Shown here one piece after another: positions 49,301 through 62,561 of a stretch of DNA of 64,000 nt (its first letter is position 1; every line of letters begins with the position of its first letter). The position numbers were made by a program, and so were the translations under genes. The notes beneath the pieces were generated by a model. That model was not told the DNA's origin. It was given only the letters and a program-made list of their open reading frames with translations, and did no database searches. The stretch lies in contig CM052816.1 in NCBI GenBank assembly GCA_028534125.1, positions 95,234,001 to 95,298,000 of the forward strand, written 5' to 3'. This DNA is from Lama glama (lineage: Eukaryota).

Positions 49301-50370
49301 CCGGTTGCATGCGGAGTGAGGGAAGGCGGGTGTCTCCCAGGCCTGCTCACCCCGGCAGTCGCCCACCCCTCGGGGGCACCCTCTGTCACTGTCCACCTAA
49401 GGATCCCTGGGCCCCCACCGCAGGACGGTCAGGGGTCCTCTCCTCCCGTTTCCCTCTCTGACCCTAGACTCCTAGAAGGATGGGGCGCATCTCTTTAAAG
49501 GCGGTGACCCGTTTGGAGGGGCCTGGGTGTGGCAGCCGTGTCCTCTGTGCCCTGAGGTTGGGTGAAGGGGTTAGAGAAGCTGGAAAAGAGGGGGCACAAG
49601 AGAAGAAGCGTGTGCGGAAAGAGGACAGATGCCACTGACTTCATCATTTTTGTGTAGGAAGAGTTTCTAAAATGGCTTACTTTTAAAAAACTAAACAGAT
49701 CTCAAAGCCTCTGCTTTTAATAGAACATCAGTCCCTGGTTCCAAATTAGCAGCCCTTAATCTTCCACCATCTAGTTCTGAAGTGACTATTAAGCTGCTGG
49801 GTTAGGACGATCATCCCTGATGAGCGAGCTGCGGGAGGAAGGGAAGCGGCGGGGTGTGGGCGAGAGCTTAGGGAGGCGACCCAGCCTCCGAGGGGCACGT
49901 GGGAGCCAAGAGGCACAGCCGGAGAGGGTGGCTGCGGCCCCGGGTGCCGCCTGCTGCCAGCCTGGGCTCCAGCCCCTCCGCACCCCGGCCCCCACCGGCC
50001 CCCCACCGGCCAAGGGAAAGGCCTGCTGAGTCAGCATCATGCTTCTCACCTTGAGGCATCTTTACTTCCTCTCTCTTTCTCTTTTGTGCATTGTTGGGGG
50101 CCAACTCGGATCGTGCAGGCAGGGCGTCACGTAGGTCAGGAAGGATTCATTTTCCATGCAAATCGGAAGGTTTGTGAAGAAAGGAACGATGTTCTCAGAA
50201 AGCTGCGCTCCGCCCCTGCCCGGGGCTCAGGTGCACTCAAGGGGCTGCTTTGTCTCCTTCAGGGCAGCTGTGACTGGGGCCACTCTCCCCAGAGCCTTCC
50301 TGGGGGCCGGGCAGGGACCAGTGCCCATGGTGGGGAGCTCTGCTGGCCTCAGCCCAGCGGCCTCGGACCG

Positions 50371-50810
50371 TGTATTCCTTTCTCAAGTGCTGTAACGAAG
50401 TGCCAAAAAATTGGGTGGTTTAAAAGAAAAGAAATGAATGAATTCTCATAGTTCTGGGGGCCAGGAGTCCCAGATCAAGGTGTCCACAGGGTTGATTCCC
50501 TCTGGAGGCTCTGAGGGAGTACCTGCTCCCGGCCTCCCTCCCGCCTCCGGTGGCTGCTGGCCATCCCTGAGCCTCCCTGGCCTACAGCCGCACCACCCCA
50601 ACCTCTGCCTCCATCATCCCCTGGCCTCCTCTGTGTGGCTCTGTCTTCACAAGGGCGCATCCTGCTGGGTTAGGGGCCCACCCTACCCCAGCGTGATCTC
50701 ATCTTAGTTACACCTGCAAAGACTGTATTTCCAAATAAGGTCACATTCTGAGCTTCCAGGTAGACGTGAATTGGGCAGGGGTGGGCGGGACACTGTTCAA
50801 CCCCATACAC
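50371..50810 (-). mobile_element. MLT1-type MaLR solo LTR
   Basis: attctcatagttctgggggccaggagtcccagatcaaggtgtc ... acctgcaaagactgtatttccaaataaggtcacattctg. Confidence 0.82.
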
Positions 50811-52013
50811 CCAACAGCAACACCTACAGCCCCAGGCCAAAAGGTGGCTGGCTTCCTTTCGCAGGATGTGTCCAAGAGGCAGGATATGCCCAGAGAAGTT
50901 CTCCCCTTTAGATCGCAGTGGATGGAGGTGTCCTGAAAACCCAGCCACCTAACGGCCAGGGTGAGAGGCTGGGCCCTGCAGTAGCCAAGGTGCCTCCACC
51001 CTGGGCTCCCTCCTCTGGCCAGGCCTCCCCCAACACCCTCAGGGCTCTACTCCTTGTTCCCGCTCCAAAGAGATGACATCCCCATCTTCAGAACTCCTCC
51101 CTCGTTTAAATTGAGTGAAATGATTACATCATATGTGTTCATTGTGCAAACCTTGGAGAGAGTCTCAGACTGCCACAGGCTGCCCACGATCCCTCGCTCG
51201 GCCCTGTGATGAACTCCACCTTAGCCACACACGTATTTAAAAATTATATTTTGGAACTCGGATGTACAGAGTTGGGTTCACCACCACCCTCGGTTCATCA
51301 CACATCATCATCGTTGGCACTTGCATTGCTTTTTCTACTTTATGTTTGTCATGCGTCTCAAAGTATAATAGCTTGGCAATATGGCTCATGTTTATCTTTC
51401 TTGCTCGGCGGTGCTCAGAGTGTTGTATGCACATGTTCATTTACTCTTCACAGTAACCCCGGCGTGGTGTGTTCAACCAGCATCCCCTCACCCCTACTAG
51501 CTTGTGAAGGTGATTATTAAGTTCTCAGAAATTTTGTGAGTCAATTATTAAACCATCGGGAGTTTGACATTGGTTGTGATGGAAATATTATCTCCATGGA
51601 AATCAGCAAATTCCACAAATCAGAGCTCTTAGTATCGAGAGCTCCTTTGACATCACACCATGGCCCACAGGGTTGGCACTCTGGCTGTTCCACATTATAG
51701 ATGAAGAAGCCAAGGTAGGAAGGAGGGTGGGCACCCACACAAGGTCATGCAGGCAGCAAATGGTGAGTCTGAATTTGAACCCAGGAAGGTGGCCAGGCTC
51801 CCAAGTCTCAGGACACCACAGGCACTGTTTGAATCCCAGTATTTCCCACCCATCACAGGCAGCCTCCCCAGGCATTAAAAATCCCTCAGAATGTAACTTC
51901 CAATGGCTACATAATATTCTGTTATGTGGACATACAGCAATCAATTAAAGTATCCTCAACTGTGAAACAATGAGGTCTTTTCTGACATTTTTCTTGTAAA
52001 AATGCTTTGACCA

Positions 52014-52391
52014 TAAGTTTGTTTTCTTTGTCTGTGAGTCTGTTTTTGTTTTGTAAATAAGTTCATTTGTATCATTTTTTAGATTCCATTTATAAGTGAC
52101 ATCATATGATATTTGTCTCTGACTTACTTCACTTAGTATGATCATCTCTAGCTCCATCCATGTTGCTGCAAATGGCATGATTTCATTCTTTTTTATGGCT
52201 GAGTAGTATTCCATGGTGGATATATACCTAGATAAACAACAAGGTCCTACTGTAGAGCACAGGGAACTATATTCAATGTCTTGTAATAACCTGTAATGAA
52301 AAAGAGTATGTATATGTATGTGTAACTGAATTGCTATGCTGTGCACCAGAAACTAACACAATATTGTAAATCAACTACACTTCAATTTTTT
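52014..52391 (+). mobile_element. 5'-inverted (twin-primed) L1 3' end
   Basis: Antisense ORF2-end segment (~52014-52227; EYYSAIKKNEIMPFAATWMELE on the minus strand) fused to a sense 3' UTR (~52228-52391). 17-bp TSD TAAAAATGC(T/C)TTGACCA at 51997-52013 and 52392-52408. Confidence 0.88.
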
Positions 52392-52979
52392 TAAAAATGC
52401 CTTGACCACCCTCTCCCCTGTCTCACAATGCATGTTCCCAGAAATCTATCCCCAAGGACCACCCCCATCAGCAGGCCCCAGGGGTCAGGTTGCAGAGGAC
52501 TTAGAAACGCTTGGCCCCTCTGCAGGCCCAAACCTTCTCCAGAGACAGCAAGACCAGCAAGACCCCCGCCCCGGCAGGGCGTAGCCAAGAGACACTTCAG
52601 CGAGTTTCTTTTCCTCTCTCCTTCAGCCTCTCCTTCTAGAGTGACAGGGACAAAACCTGTGACAGATTTACTGAGAGAACCCCCGCATGACTCGCACACA
52701 CACACACGCTTCTGCAGTCCCCCAGCACTAAGCATGGAGACAGCCTTAATGACATATCAGGTTTGGGGGCTCTTTCTCTCCCCAAGAATAAGGACTCCTG
52801 GGGGCAGGGAAGCTGTGATCAGTTTCCTAAAGGGCTTAGCAAGCTCCCCAACTTGTATCAAGGGCCCAAAAACTGTTCTTTAAATGAAGGCAGAAATCGG
52901 GAAGAAAGGATCAAACATTCCGACTTGGAAAACTCCTTGTAACATCCTGGATATTATCAGAATCTGTTTCTCTGTGGGG

Positions 52980-53433
52980 TGTATAGGTTTACTCGAGCTG
53001 CTATAACAAAACATCACAGACTGAATGACTCAAACAACAGAAATGTATCATCTCCTAGTTCTGGAGGCAGAAGCCCGAGATCCAGGCGTGGGCAAAGCTG
53101 GTTCCTTCTGAGGCTGTGAAGGACAATCTGGTCCAGGTCTCGCCTGGCCTCCGAGGGCTTGCTAGCCATCTTGGTGTTCTTTGGCTTGTGGACACTTCAC
53201 CCCAGATTCTGTCTTCATGTTCACATGACATTCTCCCCATGTGTGTCCAAATTTCCCCTTTTTGTAAGGATACCAATCTTACTGGATAAGAAACACACCT
53301 TACTTAGTATCAGGTCATCTTAACGAATCACATCAGCAACAACTCTATCTGGATAAAGGCACGTTCTCAGGCACTGGGGGTTAGGACTCAACATACAAAT
53401 ATGGGACGGGGGGAGGCAATGCAACCCATAACA
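52980..53433 (-). mobile_element. MLT1-type MaLR solo LTR
   Basis: gctgctataacaaaacatcacagactg...aaacaacagaaatgtat...ctagttctggaggcagaag...caacccataaca. Confidence 0.82.
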
Positions 53434-53514
53434 TGGAGCACCTCACCTTCTGCCTCCCCCCTGCCCCCTCCAGGGGTGGGCCATTTGAGACAATGACACA
53501 GAAGACACCTGTTT

Positions 53515-53605
53515 GGGGGAGCTCAGTGGTAGAACTCATGCTTGGCCTGCACAAGGTCCTGGGTTCAATTCCCAGTACCTCCATGAAAAAATATTTTTTT
53601 TACAA
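53515..53605 (+). mobile_element. Vic-1-like SINE
   Basis: agctcagtggtagaactcatgcttggcctgcacaaggtcctgggttcaattcccagtacctcca. TSD-like cctgttt on both sides. Confidence 0.82.
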
Positions 53606-55809
53606 AAAGGAAAATGCCTGTTTAGAATTGTTCACCTCTTATCTGTTCACCAGCTTTCCTACACATATCCTGAATCCACCCACTGGGCCACAGTGCAGCT
53701 TCCAGGATTCTTTTGGTAGAAACGAAGCTAATTAAAGACTTCAGGGTAATGGATATTTCTGTACTATGCCTGAGACTCCGACCTTGAGCTCTCTCTCCAC
53801 CCATCTGACATGAGAAAGACTACGGTGTAACTGTCTTCGGGGTTACTTAGTCATAATTCTGCTAAATCCTCTCAAGAAGAGAGGAGGATTAAACAGATGC
53901 CCCTTCAGTCTGTTCCTTATGAACACAGCCTTAGTTTAATCATGACAAAAATTTCACATCTATTAATGTCTCTTTCAACAGTTCATAATTCACATTCTCT
54001 GTAAATATTCCAGAGAGCAACAGAGCAATTTTCTTAAGCTAATACATCAAAGGAAAAAGTTCAGGAGCCTCTAAAGTCATACTTTTTCCCCCCACGCCAC
54101 CCCCAGAAGAAATCGTATGCTTCTAAGGTTGGGACTAGGCTCTTCTCTGCTTTTTTCCATCAAAAATTTGTGACTCAAATCTAGTTGTGTACGAGGAATG
54201 AGGTTGGGGCTATGGCAGAGATCTGTTCCACCAGCTCTGTGACTTTGAGCAAATGACTCAACCTCTCTGAGACTTGTGTTCAACATGTGTAAAGGAGAGC
54301 GAGTAAGACCTTGTCATGGTGAGGGTGAGAATTAAATGAAGTGATGTCAGTGGTGTCTCCCGTCAGCGAGGGCACAGAGCCGGCACATGCTGAACACCAG
54401 ATTCCTTTTGTCCCTCCCCTGGGCATCTTAACCAGCATCCCAGCCCCTCCCCGCCACCCTCAAGAAGATTATGGCTTCCTAAGCACATGAGTCACTTGCA
54501 AATACAAAATGATAATATACAACTGCCTTAATGCATTTTAAAGAAGAAAGTCGTAATTATTTTAGAACTATTGGTTCCAGAATTCTACCAAGGCGAGAAC
54601 TACCAGCCTCGAAGATCTGTGGTTCCTCCCACCCCTCCTCTAAACAAACAGACTCAGCTCAGGTTGGGAAACGCTTCTGCTGCCCATGTCTTCCTGCCTG
54701 CCTGCCGCACAGCCGTGCTTGTCATGTGTTCGTTATGTAAAAAGTGACCGGTGTGTGAGTCTGGGCCAGGTCTGCCTGCAGGAAGCAGAGAGGCTGACCA
54801 CTGGACCAGACGGCCTTGTGGTTCCTGTGTGCTGAGAAGCCCAGAGATGTAAGACTGCTGGCCTTGCTGCCACTGTTGGACAATACCATCAGGGACCCAG
54901 GCTTATCCTCATCCTGTCTGGCTATTCATCCTCAGTCTTGTCTCCTCTTGGTTTCAAAAGGGCTGCTGCAGCTCTAGACATCATGTCTTCCTTCAGAGAC
55001 AGCAAGAAGGGGAAGAAGAGGAGGTTCTGGCCATGCTTGTGTCTTTTATCAGGAAAGCCAAAGATTTTGCAAAAGCCAGGTGACTTCTGCTTTTTTTCAG
55101 TGGACCTCCAGCTGCAAGGGCATATACTTAGCTGGATCAAACAGTGGTTATCAGCTAACAAGGTGGAGGGGAGGCATGGATTTTGTATGGATTTCTAATG
55201 GGTCGGCCATAGAGACTCAGAATGCTCTGAATGCATCCATTTAGGAGAGAGGCTGGTAAATACCCTAATTCGGTACTTTTCTGAGATGCCAGGAACCAGG
55301 GCTGATCCTGTACAAGAAGCCTTGTGACTCAGGGCCTCTTATTTCCGTGAGGACAGAAAGAAAAGAAAGTGGGAAATGGTCAACACATACACGAATCTGT
55401 TACTTTCTAAAGCAAGGACATTTTTAAAGAATGGTGGGCGCTACCTTGATCATTCTGGTATGTTCATATCTGTTTTGTAAACAGTACTTGTTGTGAATAA
55501 ATCATTGACTAGGTTTTCAAAAACATGCCTCGATTTGCCCATCTGAATAAAGGTCGTCATGGGCTCTCTGGGGAAGTCGTACTTTTAAGTAACACAGCCG
55601 CCTTTGCCAAGACATCTGCGTGGTGCTTACAAAATTCAGGTTGAGTCACATATGAAAACTAGTTTGATTGCTTTCAAAGCAGTCCTCATTTTTCACCTAA
55701 AAATGCCTTCTTTATCCAAATTTAATCACTCCCCCTGCGCCCCAGACTCAGCTTTGAGTGACTTGGCTTTTTCTAGAATTCAAAGCAACCCTCAGGTTGT
55801 GTGGTTGTG

Positions 55810-55915
55810 TGTGTGTGTGTGTTGTTATTGTTGTTAATGCAAATACTGGGGACTGAACCCAGGACCTTTGCATGCTAAGCACACACTCTACCACTGAGCT
55901 ATAACCCCTGCCCCC
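55810..55915 (-). mobile_element. Vic-1-like SINE with tail decayed to (CA)n
   Basis: tactggggactgaacccaggacc...accactgagctataacccc. TSD-like tgtgtggttgt. Confidence 0.82.
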
Positions 55916-57721
55916 TGTGTGGTTGTTTTTAACAAGAATATATAGTAAACAATTTGCCACCAGATTTGAAAGCAGTTTAAGTGTCAGGGACACTGAAATA
56001 TGCACCTTGCTTCTCCAGGTGGCTCCTGTTGGGGTCCCCTGCTTCTGCAGGTAAACTTGACGGGTACCCCTGGGCTGAGGGGGAGGCTCGAAGCACCTGC
56101 CTGGGGCTGGGCCTTCTGGTGGAGGCCTGCACTCCCATGGGAGAAGCATTCCGAGGATGAATCAGTGCCTTGAGGCTTAAAAGAATTTCCAAATGAAAAC
56201 TGGAAGAAGGGAGTGGCAGGCTGGGCCCTGGAACAGCTGAGGTGGAGAATGATGCACTTCCCTGCTTAACTGGACAAGCCATCAGGCTGGGTGCCGAGGC
56301 CCACCTGGCGTCAGGAGCTACCAGCGCAGGGGCCAGGCACAGGGTAAGGTCAAGTGTACTAGCCCCCTCAGGCCAAGTCTGCCACTCCTGTGCTGTTTCC
56401 AGGGAAACAAGTTATTCCACTATCGCGTTCTGAGACATCAGAGCCCCTGGCCCACACCTGGGGGACCTGGCAGGAGTGATGCTGAACAGGGCCCGAGTGG
56501 CGGATGCCGCCAGGACGGGCCAGACCAGTTGCTGAGGGGACAGGCAGAATTCCTCTGTCCCTCAGTCTCATCTTTGCCCCTCTGTTTGTAAAACCTGGGC
56601 CCTGAGCTACATGCCCCTCTCATGGGTGGTGTTGGAAATCACAGCTGCTCCAGGCTGGGATTTTTAAATTAGCAAGATTTTAATTAGGTCATCATCACTG
56701 CTGGTGCCTTTTATTCAGTTACTCATCCACTCTCATCCCACAAGCATTTATTATGTACCCACTACATGCCAACTACTGGCACAATGACGCTTAACTGTTT
56801 GGGGACCAGAAGTGACTGTAACCTAAATCTTCTCTGGCTGAGCCTGAGAGCAGTGACGGGGGTCCTTTGTGGGAAAACCATCAAATCATCGTCTTTAATA
56901 AAGGCAGATGGTGCACACAGATTTGCGGGCGTGATGGGAGTTTATTATAAGTATCACTTCATCAAAGTACTTTCAAAGTCTTTAAAACTATTATAGCAGC
57001 CCCCTGGGGTTGGAGTTTCACAAGCCTGAAAAACGTTCGCTTGGCGTTCAATGCGGGCGGCTCTCGGCAGGTGTCACAGCAACCTGGCGACAAGGGGACG
57101 GTTGTTATTTGGTAACCAGGAAAAGTGAAGCCGACTCACTCACCCAGGAAGAGAGGCCAAGAGAAAAATTAACCTGGGAACCAAGTTCCGTGTGTGTGTA
57201 TATTCATGGGCAGGGAACTGAGTTGGAGCGCTCCGCCTTGGAAGACGTGAGACAGGGTTCTCCCACCGCGGGCAGAGGACGTATAAGGCACCGCGCTCTT
57301 GGGAACCCTCGTGGGTGTCCTGCCTCTGCTTGGTTCTATGCCCTTCCCGGTCCTCCTCCAGCCTGCCAGAGACGCTTTACACACCTGCCATCACAATCCC
57401 TACCACAGCCTCGCTTAAAATCCCTTTACTCACAGACTCCAGGGCACATCCCTAATACCTAACATGCCCTACAGGGCCCTTCAATGTCCACACCTGGCCC
57501 ACATCTCCAGGGGCATCTCCCACCCTTCCCTGGGGTCACCCTAACACACACACACACACACACACACCCCAACTAAAACGCCACCACCCACTGGCCCAGG
57601 CCCCGGTCTCTTTCTCTCCAACTTTTTCACCTGCCTCTCTCCTGCCTAATTTTACTCTGTTCTACCAGCGTGCTTGTCCCTTGAAACCCTCCAGCCCCTC
57701 TTTGTCAGTATACAGCATCTT

Positions 57722-57866
57722 TCATTTTTGTGTATATTTTAATATGTGACGGGGAGAGGTAACTAGGTTTATGTAATTATTTTTTAATGGAGGTAGTGCG
57801 GATTGAACCTGGGATCTCGTGCAGGCTGAGCACTCGCTGTACCACTGAGCTATGCCCTCCCCACAA
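57722..57866 (-). mobile_element. Vic-1-like SINE
   Basis: gaggtaactaggtttat tail plus head ...gattgaacctggg...accactgagctatgccctcccc. Confidence 0.82.
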
Positions 57867-58323
57867 CCCCATCTTGCAAAGACTGTTGGCTTGTCTCCCA
57901 GCATGAGAAGGACGCCCTCAGGGGCCCCTTAGAGCTGCTTCCTATAGGTGACTCAACGTACATCCCAGGACAGGCTCAAAACAGAGCGAGATGTGTGTTT
58001 ACCTACTAGGCTTTGACTCAGAGGCTCAGGTCCCAGCAGCAGCTGTCATGGTGGAGTGGCCTTGGGAGAGTCACTTGACCTTTCACTTATAAATAGGAAA
58101 TGATGGAGAATCTTCCTCCCCGGGGTGGTTGTGAGTGTTAGGGGTTAATGCTGGTGAAATATTTGGCACAGAGTAAGTAAGCGCTCTGAAGTGTTAACCA
58201 TCAGCCCACTGTTTTGAAATGGTTTCTGCAGAGGAACTAGGTTGCATGCCCCCTCCCCCCACCCCAATGAGTAATAACCCATAGCATTGCTGCAAAGCTC
58301 TGCGGAGTTTGCACACACCTCAA

Positions 58324-58356
<33 letters not shown>

Positions 58357-58929
58357 CACACACACACACATGCTTCCCAAGTGGCCTTCTCACTTCCACA
58401 GACTTCTACACACAGTAGGTGCTCAACCTACACACCTTGACTTGAGGTCACATGGATCTCATTACCTGGAGCTGGAAGGGGCAGGTATGGGAAGCCATGG
58501 CCGGTCTCTAATGCAGAGGGCACATTCAGTGTGTCGTCTAGAATCTCACTTCGCTGCAGAAGTGATTTTTCTCCTCCTCCTCATCTTCTGCCAGGAAACC
58601 ATCCTCTTGTCTCCCAGGCAAACTCCAGGCCTCAGGGACTCTTAAGTCAGTGTCGGTGACAAGTGGAATTTGCTCTGTTCGTAGCCCCCCTGGCCGGGGT
58701 AAGTGACATCGGGGTAGGGGGCTGCACTGCCTCCTGTGGGCTGGGGGTGATCTCATCCTAAAGCTTTTACGGCAGAAACTCTTGTTTTTCTAACTTTGTA
58801 CTAGACATATTTTATTTTTATTAAAAAAATTTTACTTACTTTTATTATAATCTTTATTATAATTACTTTATATTGTATAAATATTTATATTATTATGTTA
58901 TAAAAGGATATAAAATACTATAATTATTT

Positions 58930-60300
58930 TAACTTTTTATTTTTAAGTAATAGCAAGCTTACAGAAGAATTGCACGAATAGAAGAAAAAAACCCCACAGA
59001 CCCTTCACCCAGATGCACACCCATTGTCAACACTTTGCCCTGTTTTGCCACATCAGCTCTCTTCCTCTCAGTAAATATATATATTACTTTCTTCCTGGTC
59101 CATTTAAGAGTGGGTTGCAGACATCATGCTCCTTCATCCCTAAACAGTCCCACATATGCCTGCTAAGAACAAGGGCAGTCTCTCCTGCAACCACAGTGCA
59201 GTTACCTGAGTCAGGAAATTTACCATTGATGGAATACTATTACTAATTACCAAGTGCCCCAGTGACGTCTCCATAGCGTTTTTCTCCCAGTCCAGGATCC
59301 AAACCAGGATCACACGTTATATTTAGTCGCCAATTTTCTTTGATCTGTTTTCATCTGACATCCTTGTTTGCCTTCTTTTTGTCTTGAATAACAATGATAT
59401 TTTTGAAGGGGATATAAAAGTTGTTACCTAGGAGATTAGCATTAAAAAAAATTCTCATATACCTTCAACAAATCCCCTGAAATTGGGGTTTATCTGAGAT
59501 TTTGGATTTTTGGTAAGAATGTATACTAAAGAGACTTCCTCAGTGCCCGCCCCCAACCTGAAGACCCATGATGCAATTTTGTCCAGTTGTTGGTCACGTT
59601 GACTTAAGCTTAAGTCACATCTTTGTATGGGCTTGTTGTCCATTCGTACATTATGTTTGGGAAAATGTCTATGCAAGTTCTTTGCTCATTTTTAAACTGT
59701 GTGGTCTTGTTGAGTTGTAAGAGTTTCATATATTTGGGATACTGGACTCTCCTCAGATCTATGACTTGCCAATATTTTCTCCAGTTCTGTCGGCTGTTTT
59801 CCCATTTTTTCTAGATGAGCGTCATTTTCATCACGATAATGTGCAGCTTATCTGCTTTTTTCCTTTGTTGCTTGTACTTTTGGTGTCGCAGCTGAGAAAA
59901 CATTGCCAATTCCAATATCATGAAGGTTTGCTCACATTTTCCTCTAAGCTTTATAGTTTTAGCTCTTACATATAAATCTTTGACCAGTTTTAAGTTAAAT
60001 TTTGTATAGGTGTGAGATAAGAGTCAAAATTCATTATTTTGCATGTGGCTGTTCCATTTGTTGAAAAGACATTCTTTCTCCCATTGAATGCTCTTGGCAC
60101 CCTTGTTGAAGATCAGTTGACCACAGACTCATGAGTTTGTTTCTGAACTCTGTACTTCTCTTTTGTCAGTCCATATGTTCATCCTATGCAAGTACCACAC
60201 TGTCTTATTGCCATTGCTTTGAAGTATATTTTGTAATCAGGATGCACGAGTCCTCTTACTTTATTTTTCTTTTACAAGATTGGTTTGGTTATTCCAGATT
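58930..60300 (-). mobile_element. Old L1 fragments (3' UTR and ORF2), antisense
   Basis: T-rich + strand with aaatgtctatgcaagttctttgctcattttt, tttgttgaaaagac, gcacccttgttgaagatcagttgacc. Confidence 0.75.
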
Positions 60301-60535
60301 AGCTTTCATTTCTGATGCAAAAAAAATTATGATTGGATATTTTTTTGGAAAGCAAATATACTTGTAATTGTTCAGATATCTCACTTTTTGAATGTTTAAT
60401 TGGTATTTATGTCTATGATTGAGCTCAGACATTTATACAAATAAAAATGTTATAGGTAAACAACCAGAAAAATAGATATAGATAGACAAATAAATAAAAA
60501 AGAGAGAATGGATTTGAAATTTGACTATTCAGAGA

Positions 60536-60590
60536 TGATAGATAGATAGGTAGGTAGGTAGATAGACAGATAGATAGATAGGTAGATAAA
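60536..60590. repeat. (GATA)n/(GGTA)n compound tetranucleotide repeat
   Basis: Direct observation. Confidence 0.9.
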
Positions 60591-61109
60591 GGGAGACAGA
60601 ATGGATTTGCAATGTGCTCCTGGACTGTGAGACACAGGTATGCACACATAGAGAGGGATTTGCAGGGCTGGAAGCTATTTTGACCCAAAGTACTTGCCTG
60701 GCTAGACCAGTAATGTGTAACAGAGGTCTAGGGGAGCCCTTGTGGCTTTGACTCCAGTTATGGAAATTAACTTGAGTCCAAAAATCGCAGAGATTCCAAA
60801 AGGCAATAAGCCCTGAAATTTGCCCCCTAAGGAACTTCACCCTCCCTAACCCTTCTGCCATCACACTTTCTGGCAGCATTTTCCAGGTGGGTAAACCCTG
60901 GGGCTTTGAGCGAAAAGGAACCTGCCTCCAAAGGGATTATCTTTTGAGCTCCTGCTCTGCCTGTTCTGTTCTAGCCCTGGTTCTCCCAGCCTGCATTCAA
61001 ACGTGGAAGGTGAGGGGCTGGGTGAGAGTGTGCGTGGCCCGGATCTCAGGTCAGGCAGTGTCCAGCAGAATAAAGAGGAGCCAGGCTTCCTTGTCTCCTC
61101 TCCTGTGTT

Positions 61110-61850
61110 GGAGGGTCCACATCTCCCTAAGTCTGGGGATTTGCTAGAAAGATTGACAGGACTCCACTATGTGAGTTGAACTTGGGGTTGAGATTTATTA
61201 CAGCAAAGCAGAAGTGACTGGAAAAGATGGATGTTGGCGAAATAAATCCACAGAAATCCAGCACGGGCTCCCCTGCCATGCCTCCTCATCCGAGCCCCCT
61301 CGGAACGTGCTTTTTCTCTGGCAGAGAACTACAGGGTCATGAGTGGAAGGCCCCTGGCCAGGGAAAGCCACACAGGTCTGCAGGTCCATGGCATTTATGG
61401 GGGGTTGGTCACATGGACACATCCTGCTATCAATCACCCATGGCAACGGAAACTCAGGACTCCGACGATGAAACCAGGTATGCATCATCAGTCTTGGTGT
61501 TTGTGCAAAGCCATCCTGACAAGCTTACAGGGCACGGTCCACCGTTCCAGGTGTATACAACATCATCAATCACTGACTCACAAACCTCCCAAGGGCCACA
61601 TTCCCAAGGCTGGGCCAAGGGTATGTCACAGCTCCAGGTTTCCTTGGAGACATGCAAGGAGCAAGCAACCAGATGGGCTGTGCTGGCTCTTTCCAACATT
61701 TTAACATCATTACATGGTAATCAGCCTACAGTTACGGAAACATCAGAAGGCTTGGAGCTTAGACAGCCTCAGGAAACCAGCGGGCTATTGGGTTCCATCA
61801 CTGTGTCCCCAGTAAAGGTGAAGTGGGAGCATGTGCTATAAAACCACACA
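61110..61850 (-). mobile_element. MER21-like LTR remnant
   Basis: ttgctagaaagattgacaggactc, gggaagcc...gtcca..gg..tttatggggggttggtcacatggacac motifs. Family is tentative. Confidence 0.55.
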
Positions 61851-62425
61851 AAGTGGCCAAGATTCAACTCCAAGCCTATGATCTTATGCACCCCACCCAA
61901 AGGAATGGTTGTGAAGTTGCTGTGTTACGTGACCTGCCATGTAATCAGTTCTTACTTTTCCTAATTGTCGCATTTGTCCAACATCTGTCTTTCCTGCTTC
62001 GGTCCCTCATATCTGAGAGGATCTGGAAATCCATAATCCTCACTTAAGTCTGATTCAAGAAATCAAGCCTCTGGAGGTCATTTGCTGATCTGTTTTAGAG
62101 GATTTAGCTCTGCTAAACTTGCCCCCTTAGCACTCTCTACTTGCACAAAAATCTCTATTCCTTTTTGAACAAGTCTGTAAATCCAGTTTGTCCCACTTAC
62201 TGGTAATGTATTATAATACCAAAAACAACTCATTTACTGGCAGGGGGGCATTCGTTTAGCAAATATTTACAGAGCCTTTCCAGTCATCATAATAATTTTT
62301 GTTCAGTGAGTATTTATTGGATGCACACTCTGTGCAAGACACTATGTCTGAGCAGAGATGCAACAGAAAGAGCAGATTCCAGATCCAGGGGCCCTGCTCA
62401 CAGAGACTCCCATCTGTCTGCTAAG

Positions 62426-62561
62426 TAGGGGGACCGGCTGTCCTGGTTTGCCCATGACTGAGGGGTCCCCCAGATGCAGTATTTTCAGTGCTAAAATTGG
62501 GGAAATCTGGGACAAACTAGACAGGTCAGTTACCCTATTCAGCAGACAACTGGTCACCCTA
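62426..62561. mobile_element. MER81-like hAT MITE
   Basis: TAGGGGGACC...tcctggtttgccc...ttttcagtgctaaaa...gggacaaac...TACCCTA / GGTCACCCTA termini. 8-bp TSD-like ctgctaag/ttgctgag. Confidence 0.75.

Noticed and set aside
61227..61841. 204-aa ORF (also 7675-8205 and 62342-62911)
   Set aside because: These overlap LTR/L1/MITE remnants and show no recognisable homology or exon structure.
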